Below are positions 33,039 through 42,185 of a stretch of 45,672 nucleotides of DNA, piece after piece. The stretch is from Nitrospirota bacterium (GTDB lineage: Bacteria > Nitrospirota > JACRHJ01). The notes beneath the pieces were generated by a model, which was not told the DNA's origin, ran no database searches, and saw only the letters and a list, made by a program, of their open reading frames with translations. Position numbers and translations under genes: made by a program. Position 1 is the stretch's first letter. The number at the start of each line of letters is the position of its first letter. The stretch is taken from assembly GCA_021815285.1 (NCBI GenBank), contig JAKAHE010000001.1:1-45672 (forward strand). Reading direction: 5' to 3'.

Positions 33039-34021
33039 TTCATACCCATTATGAAGAAGCGGATGAAACCTTTAAGCATCCCGATACCCCTCGCATAACT
33101 CCTCAAGAAACCGACAGGCGCGAAAACGAGGTATGAAACTTCTTTCTTTCTCAGCGCTATCTTGACAGCCCAGGGCAGTTGAATGGCGAACAGCACCGCC
33201 GCAGATAAAACAAACGGGGGCGCGTAAAACGGAAGCGCCGCAATAGACAGCAGATTCAAAAGCGAAAGCGGCGGCTCTATTATGTCCTTCTTTTTTGTAT
33301 AGTCGTCCCCGCCGCGCATACCCGGGTGCGCCTTGTAAAGCTTTATACGCCAATACCCGTGCGTGTATTGCTCTCTCAGGTATTTCTTAAGTGAAACGGT
33401 ATGGTAATGCCCCACAAGCGCGCCGGGCGCAAAGGCTATCTTGTAGCCCAGCTTCTGCACCCTGTAGCTAAGGTCGTTGTCCTCGCCCGATGCCCTCCTG
33501 TAGGATTCATCGAAACCGCCGGTCTTCTCCAGGACTTCCCTTCTAATAGCCACGTTATACGAGCCGAAGAACCGGATTAACCGCCCGTAGCTCTCATGCC
33601 GCTCCTTTATCTCCTCGTGAATCAGCCTCGGCAGAATCCTGTCCCCGTTGGCTATGTCGTATGAGCCTGTCACCGCTCCGATTTCTCCCCCGTCCGGCGA
33701 ATCAAAACCAGCCAGAAGAGCCTCCGCCCATCCTGGGCGAGGCACGCAGTCGGAATCCGTAAATATAACAACGTCGGAGGATGATGCCTTCCAGCCGGTA
33801 TTCCTGGCGGCGGCAGGGCCGGCATTTTTCTGATAGATATATTTAACCGATGGATACTGCTTTACAACTTCAGCCGTCCCGTCAGCGGAGCCGTCGTCGA
33901 CTACTATAATACTGTCCGCCGACATACCATCGGCGAGCAGGGCGGAGATGGTCCGGCCTATGGTATTCTCCGCGTTATAGGCCGGTACGACGACAGCAAG
34001 CTGATTCAAATCCGGCGTCAT
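33035..34021 (-). CDS. Glycosyltransferase family 2 with C-terminal membrane helices
   Basis: VVVPAYNAENTI, DDGSADGT, FTDSDC, GEDNDLSYR, plus two C-terminal hydrophobic helices. Confidence 0.85.
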   Translation of the reverse strand: MTPDLNQLAVVVPAYNAENTIGRTISALLADGMSADSIIVVDDGSADGTAEVVKQYPSVKYIYQKNAGPAAARNTGWKASSSDVVIFTDSDCVPRPGWAEALLAGFDSPDGGEIGAVTGSYDIANGDRILPRLIHEEIKERHESYGRLIRFFGSYNVAIRREVLEKTGGFDESYRRASGEDNDLSYRVQKLGYKIAFAPGALVGHYHTVSLKKYLREQYTHGYWRIKLYKAHPGMRGGDDYTKKKDIIEPPLSLLNLLSIAALPFYAPPFVLSAAVLFAIQLPWAVKIALRKKEVSYLVFAPVGFLRSYARGIGMLKGFIRFFIMGMK

Positions 34022-34028
34022 AAAGTTA

Positions 34029-34514
34029 TTATTCCCGCGCTCTATTATCTATAAAATTCCCAATGGCTGTTATTATCCCGGCTCCCTTTTCCTGAGGTCT
34101 GAACTTTCCTTTCTGGCCCAGGAGCCTTTTGAGCGCTATCTCCAACTCCGCCGCGTCATAAATTACCTCCACTCCTGGCCTGCCAAGGACCGCCTCCGCT
34201 ATCTCCATCTGATGGTCGTTGAAATGCTCACCCAGCTTCTCGCGCCTCGGCATTATTATAATGGGTGTACCTGAATGGAGCGCGCCTATAATGGTGCCTA
34301 TTCCGGCATGAGAGATTATAACATCGGCTTTTGCCTGCATGGCTTCCGCCTCAGGAAACGTAAGAAAATCCTTGTAAGCGGCATTTACAGGGGTGAACCC
34401 GGAGCTCCCGGTCTGAATGAATATATCCTCATTGATAACGGCCGCAAGAGAGTCTACGGCTTTTATCAACCTGTCGAAACCGAGCGGCATCTTCCCGACC
34501 GTCGCGTATATCAT
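34029..34514 (-). CDS. Alg13-like glycosyltransferase catalytic subunit (Glyco_tran_28_C; PssE/EpsF-like)
   Basis: Trimmed to the ATG at 34514 (ATGA overlap). MIYATVGKMPLGFDRLI...VIISHAGIGTI...PRREKLGEHFNDHQ. Confidence 0.8.
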   Translation of the reverse strand: MIYATVGKMPLGFDRLIKAVDSLAAVINEDIFIQTGSSGFTPVNAAYKDFLTFPEAEAMQAKADVIISHAGIGTIIGALHSGTPIIIMPRREKLGEHFNDHQMEIAEAVLGRPGVEVIYDAAELEIALKRLLGQKGKFRPQEKGAGIITAIGNFIDNRARE

Positions 34515-34957
34515 ATTAATCCGCCCTCGTACCGGGCCTTTTTGCCGTAGAATTTTAAAAGGCCCTCCCACTGCACCAGGAAGAGGTCTGCCGCCCAATA
34601 TATAAGCCTGCCGGTAAGAGAAGGACTTATCACCTGCGCGCTGCACTCCACGTAAACGGTAGGCAGGCGGAACAGGAACTTCCCGATGTAAAATACGGGC
34701 AGGGCTACTTCTGCACCCGTTGAAACAAGCGCGGCAGGCCTTTCCTTAAGAAGTATCCTCAGCTCCTGCCACGCGGTAACTAATACCTTTAGCGGGTTCT
34801 TCACGAAACTCGCAACGTAGTAAACGCAGTCTTCCCCTCCTACGGGAAGCGCGCTGTCAGTTATAAAAAAGAGCTCGTGGCGGCCTTTCAGTCCGTCGGC
34901 GATTACCTTCGCCTCTGCCAGATGCCCGCCGTGCGAGCAGACGAAGCAGATTTTCAT
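34511..34957 (-). CDS. Alg14-like glycosyltransferase partner subunit (PssD/EpsE-like)
   Basis: MKICFVCSHGGHLAEA...LVSTGAEVALP...VECSAQV is the typical Alg14/PssD pattern. Confidence 0.8.
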   Translation of the reverse strand: MKICFVCSHGGHLAEAKVIADGLKGRHELFFITDSALPVGGEDCVYYVASFVKNPLKVLVTAWQELRILLKERPAALVSTGAEVALPVFYIGKFLFRLPTVYVECSAQVISPSLTGRLIYWAADLFLVQWEGLLKFYGKKARYEGGLI

Positions 34958-35913
34958 TGTTTGCCTTTTCGCATCACGAATATCCTGGAGCTCGCAAGGC
35001 CGCTGTATTTTTCAACAAATGCCACCGGTAGGGCAGCTAACATTGCAACCGCGCCGGCAAAACGCGTCGCCATGGCGACAACAGGTTTTTTACCATAAGC
35101 ATCCGAAGCAACCGAGGCCGGGACAAGCGTTTCCGCCATGATATGGGCAAGGTTCGCAACGCTCACAGGGTTTGAAACCACTTCTTTAAAACCGGAGCGC
35201 GCGCCAAGAGCCTCCATACCGTTTGTGCTTGGTATGGTAATATGCCGCGGCATCTCTGCAATCTCTATCCATCGTCTACCGAAAACCCTCGGCATAAGAC
35301 CGTCCATCACCGGGACGAATATATATGCTGCGCCTCCGGGTTTAAGAAGCTTCAAGGTTCGCTCCGCAGTCTCGGCAGGGTCAGGAAGATGTTCGAACAC
35401 GTTAAAAAAAGCTATCGCGTCAAACGAGTGCTCATCAAAATCAAGTCCCGTCAAGGTACCGAGGCGCGCCTTAATTCCCATCGAATTGGCATATTCCACA
35501 TCGGATTGTGAAGTTTCTATCCCTTCGGCGTCATAGCCGTAATTAATGAATTCCTTTATCCGTCTGCCGCTCCCACAGCCGACGTCAAGGACTCTGCCTG
35601 AATATAAGCCCGTATGTTTACGAAATTCACGAATATGCTTTCTGTACATCAGGTCGTAAAAAAACGCCATCTCGGCTTTCGTCCAGAGCCTGAAAAACCT
35701 ACCCTGTCTTCTGGCATCCTTGACAATATAGTGATCCGGATATAGCCCATCCAGTTCGGCCAGAGAAGGCGTCTCCGACAGCATGGCGCTGCCGCACGAG
35801 TCGCAGGAAATAACGTCAAAATTCCTTTTATACAGACCGAGCCTGTCTTTCATCCCGCTGTAAAAAATGCTGAATGCGCCGCCGCCGCAGAAATAACATC
35901 TTTCAGGCTTCAT
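34954..35913 (-). CDS. Class I SAM-dependent methyltransferase with an N-terminal zinc ribbon
   Basis: CYFCGGG...CDSCGS zinc ribbon; SAM motif I VLDVGCGSGRR; post-I acidic residue; FFNVFEHLPDP. Confidence 0.85.
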   Translation of the reverse strand: MKPERCYFCGGGAFSIFYSGMKDRLGLYKRNFDVISCDSCGSAMLSETPSLAELDGLYPDHYIVKDARRQGRFFRLWTKAEMAFFYDLMYRKHIREFRKHTGLYSGRVLDVGCGSGRRIKEFINYGYDAEGIETSQSDVEYANSMGIKARLGTLTGLDFDEHSFDAIAFFNVFEHLPDPAETAERTLKLLKPGGAAYIFVPVMDGLMPRVFGRRWIEIAEMPRHITIPSTNGMEALGARSGFKEVVSNPVSVANLAHIMAETLVPASVASDAYGKKPVVAMATRFAGAVAMLAALPVAFVEKYSGLASSRIFVMRKGKQ

Positions 35914-36891
35914 CTATTCCTGCTCCTTCGCCACGCGCCAGACAGGGTTTGTCGCCGCGTAAGCAAGAAACATAAAGCTCGAAAAGATCACCCGTACAGC
36001 CACTATCAACGCGCCCACTTCCCCCTCGTAGCCGAAATGTTCGAGCACAAGCGCAAAGCTCAGGTCCGCCACGCCGAGCCCGCCGGGTATGGGAGCAAGC
36101 GCCGCCGCCAGAGAATAGACCATAATCGAGGCGACCGTTACCAGCAGTCCAGTCTGCACATTCATCATCTTGAAGAGAGCAATCCAGCAGGCCATGTCAA
36201 ACGCCCAGCACATAAACGTCAGGACGAGGTTGTAAAGAGAAAACCGGACAGTGAAGTAGCTCCCGGTAGCCTTGTAGAACTCGTCCAGCCCGCCCGTCAG
36301 CCCCTGGAGAAAGCGCCTGAGCGCGGCGGCTATTTTCCGTCCTCCGATAATTACAAGCAGTCCGTCCGCCCATCCGTAGACTTTCTCGCCCGCCTCCCGC
36401 GCCACAAGAAAAAAGATGAATACGCCGAGCGCAGCGAATATGCCTGCCAGCACAAATCCGGAGCGCATACCCCAGAACGTCCCGTAGAAGAGAAAGAAGA
36501 CGGCTGTGAAGACTATAAGGCTCTGAAAGGTTTCTATCACCCTGTCGTAAAGTATTATGGATAAGAGGTTTCCCTGCTTATTGTCGCGGAGGACTGCCGG
36601 GACTACCTCACCGCTCCTCATGGGCGAGACCATCCCCCAGAACTTGCTGGAGAAATAGGCCGATCTGAGTTCGGAGAAAGTTAATGGTGAGTGTACCCTG
36701 TCCCGCATCAAGGTCCACTTGTATATCCGCAGATAAGATGACAGCAAGTAAAATACACCGGTTACGAGAATCCAGCCGGGCCGGACGCGGGAGAGGGCCT
36801 GCCATGTTGCCCCTATGCCGATAGAATAGAGAACCCCAACAAATATCAGCGCGCCTGCTGCGGGCAAGACATATCTTTTGAAAACCTTCAT
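35914..36891 (-). CDS. Flippase-like polytopic membrane protein (LPG_synthase_TM / UPF0104 family)
   Basis: 325 aa with about 8 hydrophobic helices. N-terminal pattern with YLRIYKWTLM resembles the lysylphosphatidylglycerol-synthase transmembrane region family. Confidence 0.6.
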   Translation of the reverse strand: MKVFKRYVLPAAGALIFVGVLYSIGIGATWQALSRVRPGWILVTGVFYLLSSYLRIYKWTLMRDRVHSPLTFSELRSAYFSSKFWGMVSPMRSGEVVPAVLRDNKQGNLLSIILYDRVIETFQSLIVFTAVFFLFYGTFWGMRSGFVLAGIFAALGVFIFFLVAREAGEKVYGWADGLLVIIGGRKIAAALRRFLQGLTGGLDEFYKATGSYFTVRFSLYNLVLTFMCWAFDMACWIALFKMMNVQTGLLVTVASIMVYSLAAALAPIPGGLGVADLSFALVLEHFGYEGEVGALIVAVRVIFSSFMFLAYAATNPVWRVAKEQE

Positions 36892-36894
36892 GCG

Positions 36895-38319
36895 CTAAAA
36901 CCGGAACACGAGATAATAAAAGCGTTTCACGTAATGCGGGATGTTTTTTGCGAACAGGCCTGCGACCGCAATGGGATTTTTCAGGAAAAAACGCGCGATC
37001 AGCCTGTACCGCATTCCGCGCAGAAGACTCCTGCCCTTTCCGAAGACCTTCCTAAATTCCTCCATAGAAACATCCGTGAGGGTCGGGTGTTCCACGTTCT
37101 GATGGGACATCAGGTCTTCCCCTTCCCAGTCGGCATCATCCCTTACCTTCCCCCTCCGCTTGGCCACTTCCCAGAACTCCGTCTTCGGGAAAGGAGTGGC
37201 CACGAACGACCACAGGTAGTCCGCCTTTTCTTTTTTGGCGAAACGGATGAAATCCAGGGTCTTCTCCATGTCCTCGATGGTTTCGCCGGGGCTGCCGAAC
37301 ATCAAGCTCCCGTAGACGACGAGTCCGTGCCGCTTGCATGTCCTGATAGCGTCCTTGTTTTTCTGGACGCTGGTGGAGCCGACCTTAAGGTACTTAAGCA
37401 TTCTTTCCGAGCCGCTTTCGAACCCGAAATTCAGGTTCCTTACGTTCAGGCTTTTCAGGATTTCGCACATCTCGTCGTCTATGTGGTTCGACCGCGCGTT
37501 GCATGTAAAGGTAGCCTTGCCGAGCAGGCCTTCTTGCCCGAGCTTTGCGTGCAGTTCCTTCAGCCTGTTTTTATTGACGATAAACATGTCATCCAGGATG
37601 TTTATTATTTTTATGCCCAGGTCATGCACGAGGTAGCGGATGTTCCCGACGACGTAATCCACTGAATGATTCCGGTGACGGTCCCAGAAAGTCGAGGTTG
37701 AGCAGAACACGCACCTGTACGGACAGCCTCTGGCTGTCATCAATGGCGCGCATGGCCCTATCATCCTTAACCCCACCTCTTCCCTCGGCAACAGATAATT
37801 GGGATTTATATATTTAAAATCCGGCCAGGGTATATCGTCAAGGTCCTTAACCAACGGCCTGGGAGGCGTTAGCATAACCTTCCCGTCATTACCGAAATAA
37901 GCCACTCCCTTGATATCTTTCAGAGTCTCTTCCTGTAGCGGCCCTTTTTTTATAAAATGCTCGACTATCTCACGCAGAGTCTCCTCGCCCTCTCCCAGCA
38001 CGGCAAAATCAAAAACGTCTTTCAGGGATTCCGGCATGGTCGATATATGAACACCGCCAATGATTATCTGGCCTGTGTAATAATTCCTTATCTCTCTTGC
38101 AGTCTTAATCGCGGTTCCATACCGAAGCGACATCGCGGAAATGCCTATCAGGTCTGGATTCTCCTCCTTCAGGCGCTCGTGAATGTCCTCGAATACATTA
38201 TCTACGATTACCGTATCCTTTATTCCAGACTTCTTTTCAAGGTAAGTCGCCAGATATGCCAGACCTATCGGTGGAGTCCTCGAAAGTCCGTCTTCCAACG
38301 AGACAAGCGCTAATTTCAT
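36895..38319 (-). CDS. B12-binding-domain radical SAM enzyme
   Basis: N-terminal Rossmann-like cobalamin-domain pattern (LVSLEDG...PPIGLAYLATYL...IGISAMS...IIGGVH). Radical SAM motif ARGCPYRCVFCS. Confidence 0.8.
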   Translation of the reverse strand: MKLALVSLEDGLSRTPPIGLAYLATYLEKKSGIKDTVIVDNVFEDIHERLKEENPDLIGISAMSLRYGTAIKTAREIRNYYTGQIIIGGVHISTMPESLKDVFDFAVLGEGEETLREIVEHFIKKGPLQEETLKDIKGVAYFGNDGKVMLTPPRPLVKDLDDIPWPDFKYINPNYLLPREEVGLRMIGPCAPLMTARGCPYRCVFCSTSTFWDRHRNHSVDYVVGNIRYLVHDLGIKIINILDDMFIVNKNRLKELHAKLGQEGLLGKATFTCNARSNHIDDEMCEILKSLNVRNLNFGFESGSERMLKYLKVGSTSVQKNKDAIRTCKRHGLVVYGSLMFGSPGETIEDMEKTLDFIRFAKKEKADYLWSFVATPFPKTEFWEVAKRRGKVRDDADWEGEDLMSHQNVEHPTLTDVSMEEFRKVFGKGRSLLRGMRYRLIARFFLKNPIAVAGLFAKNIPHYVKRFYYLVFRF

Positions 38320-39746
38320 TTTATTTCATTCTTGCCGAAATAATTAAGGAATGCCTTCAACCCGTATAATTTTCTCTTTAAGTCCGCCATGCTCCTGATG
38401 TTGAGGAGCATCCGCGCCATCTGTCTGGGCCTTAAGTAAAACCCCTTCAGCCCTTCGTCGATAAGCTGGTCAATCCGTTCCTTTGTTAGCTGTGGATATG
38501 AAAGTAGCGTGACCTGCTCGTAATCCTTGCTTACCCATTCCCGCCAGTCGTCCGCGACGACATAGCCATGCTCTTTAGCCCAGGCGTAAAGCTCCGTTCC
38601 CGGATATGTGCAGATGCCCGAGACCTGGATGGTGTCCAGCGGGAGCGAGCGGGCGAACCTTAGCGTCTCACGGGCGGTGTCCTCCGTCTCGCCGGGCGCG
38701 CCTACCATAAAGCATCCGTGTATGACGAAACCGAGCCTTGCCGCCTCCTCAGCGAATTTCCTTGACTGCTCGACTGTTACACCTTTCTTCACGGAATCCA
38801 GCCCCGTCTGCGTCCCGAATTCGAAACCGACCATCAGCATCCTGCACCCTGCCTTCTTCAGAAGAGGCAGGAGCGCAAGGTCGATGTCAACGCGGGAGTT
38901 GCACGACCAGGATATTTTAAGGCCGCGCCTCAATATCTCATCGCAGACCCCATGGGCATGTTGGCGGGAGGCGGCGAAGGTATCTGTCTCGAACATTATT
39001 TCGTTAAGCTGCGGGAAGAGCTTCACGTCGTATTCCATCTCGTCCACGACCTGTACCGGGTCCCGGTAGCGGAGCTTCCTCCCGTACATTAGCTGGGTAT
39101 CCCTGCAGAACGTGCACTTCCCGAAACAGCCGCGCCCGGAGATAAGCGTCAGGAACGGAAACTTTTTCCCGGCATCGTAATACCATTCAGGCTTGATATG
39201 ATGCCATGCCGGGAAAGGAAGCTCTTTCACGTCCAGCGGCTCCCGGTCGGGGTTATGCCGGACGGTTTCACCGTCCAGCCAGTCTATTCCGGCCACGTCG
39301 GACAGAGGCGTTCCCGACGCGATGTCGCGGATTGTGTAATCATACTCTCCGCGCGCCACGGCGTCTACCGCGCCTTTATCTATCATTAGCGTATCTGCCG
39401 GCAGGGCGCTGACATGCGGGCCCACCAGCGCTGTCATGGCCCCGGTGAGGCCCTTTATTGTTTTGGCGTAATCGATGTCGTTGTATATGGAAGGAGTCGT
39501 GGTATGCAGTACCGCAAGCTCCGGGCGAAACTGGCGGGCTATGTCTTCCACGTCGGTTTTTTTCATGTTCAGCGCAGCCCCATCCACAAACTTCACCTGA
39601 TGGCCCGCCTTTTCCAGCACGGCTGTAAGTATCAGCAGCCAGTCAGGGTGTCTTTGCACGCGGCCCCTTGATTTCGCCGCCCACCTTGCGCTCCTGCAGA
39701 AGTCGTCTACGTATGGAGGATTAAGAACAATTATCTTCAAAATCAT
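38316..39746 (-). CDS. B12-binding-domain radical SAM enzyme; the N-terminus resembles HpnJ-type hopanoid-associated enzymes (from memory, unverified)
   Basis: IIVLNPPYVDDFCRSARWAAKSRG...HPDWLL...LHTTTPS; radical SAM motif SGRGCFGKCTFCRD. 4-nt overlap with the next gene. Confidence 0.8.
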   Translation of the reverse strand: MILKIIVLNPPYVDDFCRSARWAAKSRGRVQRHPDWLLILTAVLEKAGHQVKFVDGAALNMKKTDVEDIARQFRPELAVLHTTTPSIYNDIDYAKTIKGLTGAMTALVGPHVSALPADTLMIDKGAVDAVARGEYDYTIRDIASGTPLSDVAGIDWLDGETVRHNPDREPLDVKELPFPAWHHIKPEWYYDAGKKFPFLTLISGRGCFGKCTFCRDTQLMYGRKLRYRDPVQVVDEMEYDVKLFPQLNEIMFETDTFAASRQHAHGVCDEILRRGLKISWSCNSRVDIDLALLPLLKKAGCRMLMVGFEFGTQTGLDSVKKGVTVEQSRKFAEEAARLGFVIHGCFMVGAPGETEDTARETLRFARSLPLDTIQVSGICTYPGTELYAWAKEHGYVVADDWREWVSKDYEQVTLLSYPQLTKERIDQLIDEGLKGFYLRPRQMARMLLNIRSMADLKRKLYGLKAFLNYFGKNEIK

Positions 39747-39765
39747 TCTCCTGAAAACTTTTCAT

Positions 39766-41241
39766 TCAGTAATAATACCTCAGACCGATGTACCATGTAG
39801 CAAACGAGAGCGCCACGGCCATTACGGCCCCGACAAATAGAGGACCTCGGAACACCTTGCAAGCAGTGGAATCAAACGCGTCTATTCCCAAATGACTCAC
39901 CGCCGCCAGCGCCAACGGCGCAATCGGCGTGAAATACCTGCCCTGTAGCCCGATTATGGTATCTGAACCAACCGGGTTAACAAGATACATGGATGTGGCA
40001 ACACCGACCGCAGTGGCCAGAGATGTGAGAAACATAATGGCCCGGCCCCTCGGAAGAATATGCGGCAAACCCTGCGAAAAAAGGACTTGCGCCAACAAAA
40101 AGAATCCCAGGAAATAGTAGAAAAAGGCCGGGAAGACGAGGTCGAGCCAGCCGAGCAGCCCCAGGAACTGCCGGATCAGCCCGCGCCCCTCTCCCTGCAA
40201 TCTGTAGTGAAATATACCGTTGTACAGAGCCGAGAGGTAGTCAAGCGGGTGGGTCGCGATGAAGCCGACCTGGCCAATCGGATTGCCGATAAGCGAAGGC
40301 CCGGTATCATGCCTGTATGCGGTAGTAATGGCTATGGCGGGGATATTCCATGCCGCGGAAACAGCCAATGTAAAAAGCAGGGCCGATGCGACAAACAGGT
40401 AGCGGGAACTACGTTTCCTGAACCGCTCGGCAGGCACGGCCAACACCAGAAGCGCAAGCACTAAATATGGCTGTTTTAGCAAGGCAACCACGGCGAGAAG
40501 CCCGAATACCGCGGCAATCCTGCCCCTGGTTAACGGCTGACCCGTGTCCGCCAATGAAAGCCTGAGCATATATGCCGTAAATAAAAACACTACGCCGGTC
40601 GTGATTGCGTCCGCGCCGACCGATACGGACAGGGCCACGCTCATGGGCAATAGCCCCACTATCATGAAAAGGTTTTTGCCGACCGGTGTAGTTTTCACGG
40701 CCAGAAAGACCAGCAGGGCGTAAGCCAGCATCACCGATATCCGGGCAAGGTAATAACATATGAGCGGACCTGCGCCGAACGCCCTGCCGGCTATGATTCC
40801 AACCGCCTGCGGCAGATAGGGGATAGGCGAATACATTTCCGCGCTGGTCTTCGCGAAAACCCTCTGCGAGTAATCTGGCTTCATTTTGAAAGACCTGCCT
40901 ACGAACTCCCGGAAAAGGCTGAAATCGTACTTCCGGTACGGATTTCTCCGTATCATGCGAGCGCCCATAGCATCTGGAAGCTCGACCACATCGACGGGCA
41001 TGTACCCCCCAGCGGTAAGCTTACCATCCGGGCCTTTCACGGTTTTGATAAATAGACTGCCGTCGGATAACGACCATGCTCGGATGAAATGCGACTCTTC
41101 GTCCGGAAGCTGGAAAGGCGGTATCAGAAACACCCACAACAGGCCAAAGAGAAGCGCCAGCGCCAGGAATACGTGCTCTTCCCTTATCCTGCTCGCTAAC
41201 CCTGCGGCCTGCACACCGCTTTTTTGTTTATTACTTGCCAT
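39766..41241 (-). CDS. DUF2142-family polytopic membrane protein (GT-C-like putative glycosyltransferase)
   Basis: 491 aa, more than 10 hydrophobic helices. N-terminal loop motif PPFQLPDEESHFIRAWSLSDG is characteristic of DUF2142. Confidence 0.7.
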   Translation of the reverse strand: MASNKQKSGVQAAGLASRIREEHVFLALALLFGLLWVFLIPPFQLPDEESHFIRAWSLSDGSLFIKTVKGPDGKLTAGGYMPVDVVELPDAMGARMIRRNPYRKYDFSLFREFVGRSFKMKPDYSQRVFAKTSAEMYSPIPYLPQAVGIIAGRAFGAGPLICYYLARISVMLAYALLVFLAVKTTPVGKNLFMIVGLLPMSVALSVSVGADAITTGVVFLFTAYMLRLSLADTGQPLTRGRIAAVFGLLAVVALLKQPYLVLALLVLAVPAERFRKRSSRYLFVASALLFTLAVSAAWNIPAIAITTAYRHDTGPSLIGNPIGQVGFIATHPLDYLSALYNGIFHYRLQGEGRGLIRQFLGLLGWLDLVFPAFFYYFLGFFLLAQVLFSQGLPHILPRGRAIMFLTSLATAVGVATSMYLVNPVGSDTIIGLQGRYFTPIAPLALAAVSHLGIDAFDSTACKVFRGPLFVGAVMAVALSFATWYIGLRYYY

Positions 41242-41243
41242 AG

Positions 41244-42182
41244 TTACTTCTTATCCGTTTTTTGCCAGGACAGCTCGCGCTCGACGCCGTCCTCGTGTTT
41301 TGTATAGCTGAGCGACGTCAGCATCTCTCCAAGGAGCCCGGTGGAGATGAACTGGATTCCGAGTATCACGAGCAGGACGGCCAGGGTGAAAAGCGGCCTG
41401 CCGCCAATCCACCGGCCCATTAGCCAGCCTATAGCCAGGTAGGCCAGCGTGCATCCGCCCGCCAGCAGGAGCACCAGTCCGGGTATGCCGAAGAAATGCA
41501 GAGGCTTTTTTATGTAGCGCGTTATGAAGAGCACGGTGAGGAGGTCGAATATGCCCTCCATGAACCTTTTCGCGCCGAACTTCGTATGGCCGAATTTCCG
41601 GGGATGGTGATGAACCTTTACCTCGCCTACCTTGAAGCCGCTCGCGTGGACAAGGGCCGGTATGAACCTGTGCTGTTCTCCGTAAAGGGATAGGCCCTTC
41701 ACAACCTCGTTTTTATAAGCCTTCAGGCCGCAGTTCATGTCGTGGATATTCACTCCGGTGAGCTTTGCCGTCAGCCAGTTTATGACCTTCGACGGAATCC
41801 GCTTGGACAGCGGATCCCGGCGCGGGAACTTCCAGCCGGAGACGAGGTCGCATTCGTCGAGTTTCGCTATCAGGCTCGGAATCTCCGCCGGGTCGTCCTG
41901 GAGGTCCGCATCCATCGTCACGACATATTCGCCCTCCGCCTTCTCGAACCCCGCCGCGAGCGCGGCGCTTTTGCCGCAGTTGCGGCGGAAGGAATGCACG
42001 CGAACGCGCGGGTCTTCCGCAAACAGCCTTTCAAGGACTTTCAACGAGCCGTCCGTCGAGCCGTCGTCCACGAATATAATTTCGTAGCTCCCGATGCCCG
42101 GCAGCACCTCGCCCAGCCGCCTGTGCAGTTCAGGCAGGCTCTCTTCTTCGTTATATAGCGGTATGACTACGGAGATGTCCAT
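41244..42182 (-). CDS. GT2 polyprenyl-phosphate sugar synthase (GtrB/ArnC/CsbB-like) with two C-terminal membrane helices
   Basis: SVVIPLYNEEESL, FVDDGSTDGS, TMDADLQDDP, then a C-terminal pair of helices. 312 aa, typical for this subfamily. Confidence 0.85.
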   Translation of the reverse strand: MDISVVIPLYNEEESLPELHRRLGEVLPGIGSYEIIFVDDGSTDGSLKVLERLFAEDPRVRVHSFRRNCGKSAALAAGFEKAEGEYVVTMDADLQDDPAEIPSLIAKLDECDLVSGWKFPRRDPLSKRIPSKVINWLTAKLTGVNIHDMNCGLKAYKNEVVKGLSLYGEQHRFIPALVHASGFKVGEVKVHHHPRKFGHTKFGAKRFMEGIFDLLTVLFITRYIKKPLHFFGIPGLVLLLAGGCTLAYLAIGWLMGRWIGGRPLFTLAVLLVILGIQFISTGLLGEMLTSLSYTKHEDGVERELSWQKTDKK

Positions 42183-42185
42183 ATG

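Noticed and set aside
1577-34646. N-terminal extensions of track ORFs 1577..3046, 4290..5282, 7237..8478, 14339..15001, 16102..16599, 19169..19957, 19920..20270, 28426..29436, 29240..29992, 30321..31172, 30941..31552, 31964..32353 and 34029..34646
   Set aside because: The extensions overlap the preceding gene in another frame and have junk-like composition. Internal starts coincide with the upstream stop (ATGA or TAGTG couplings), with Shine-Dalgarno-like purine runs or with the homologous N-terminus, so I trimmed them.
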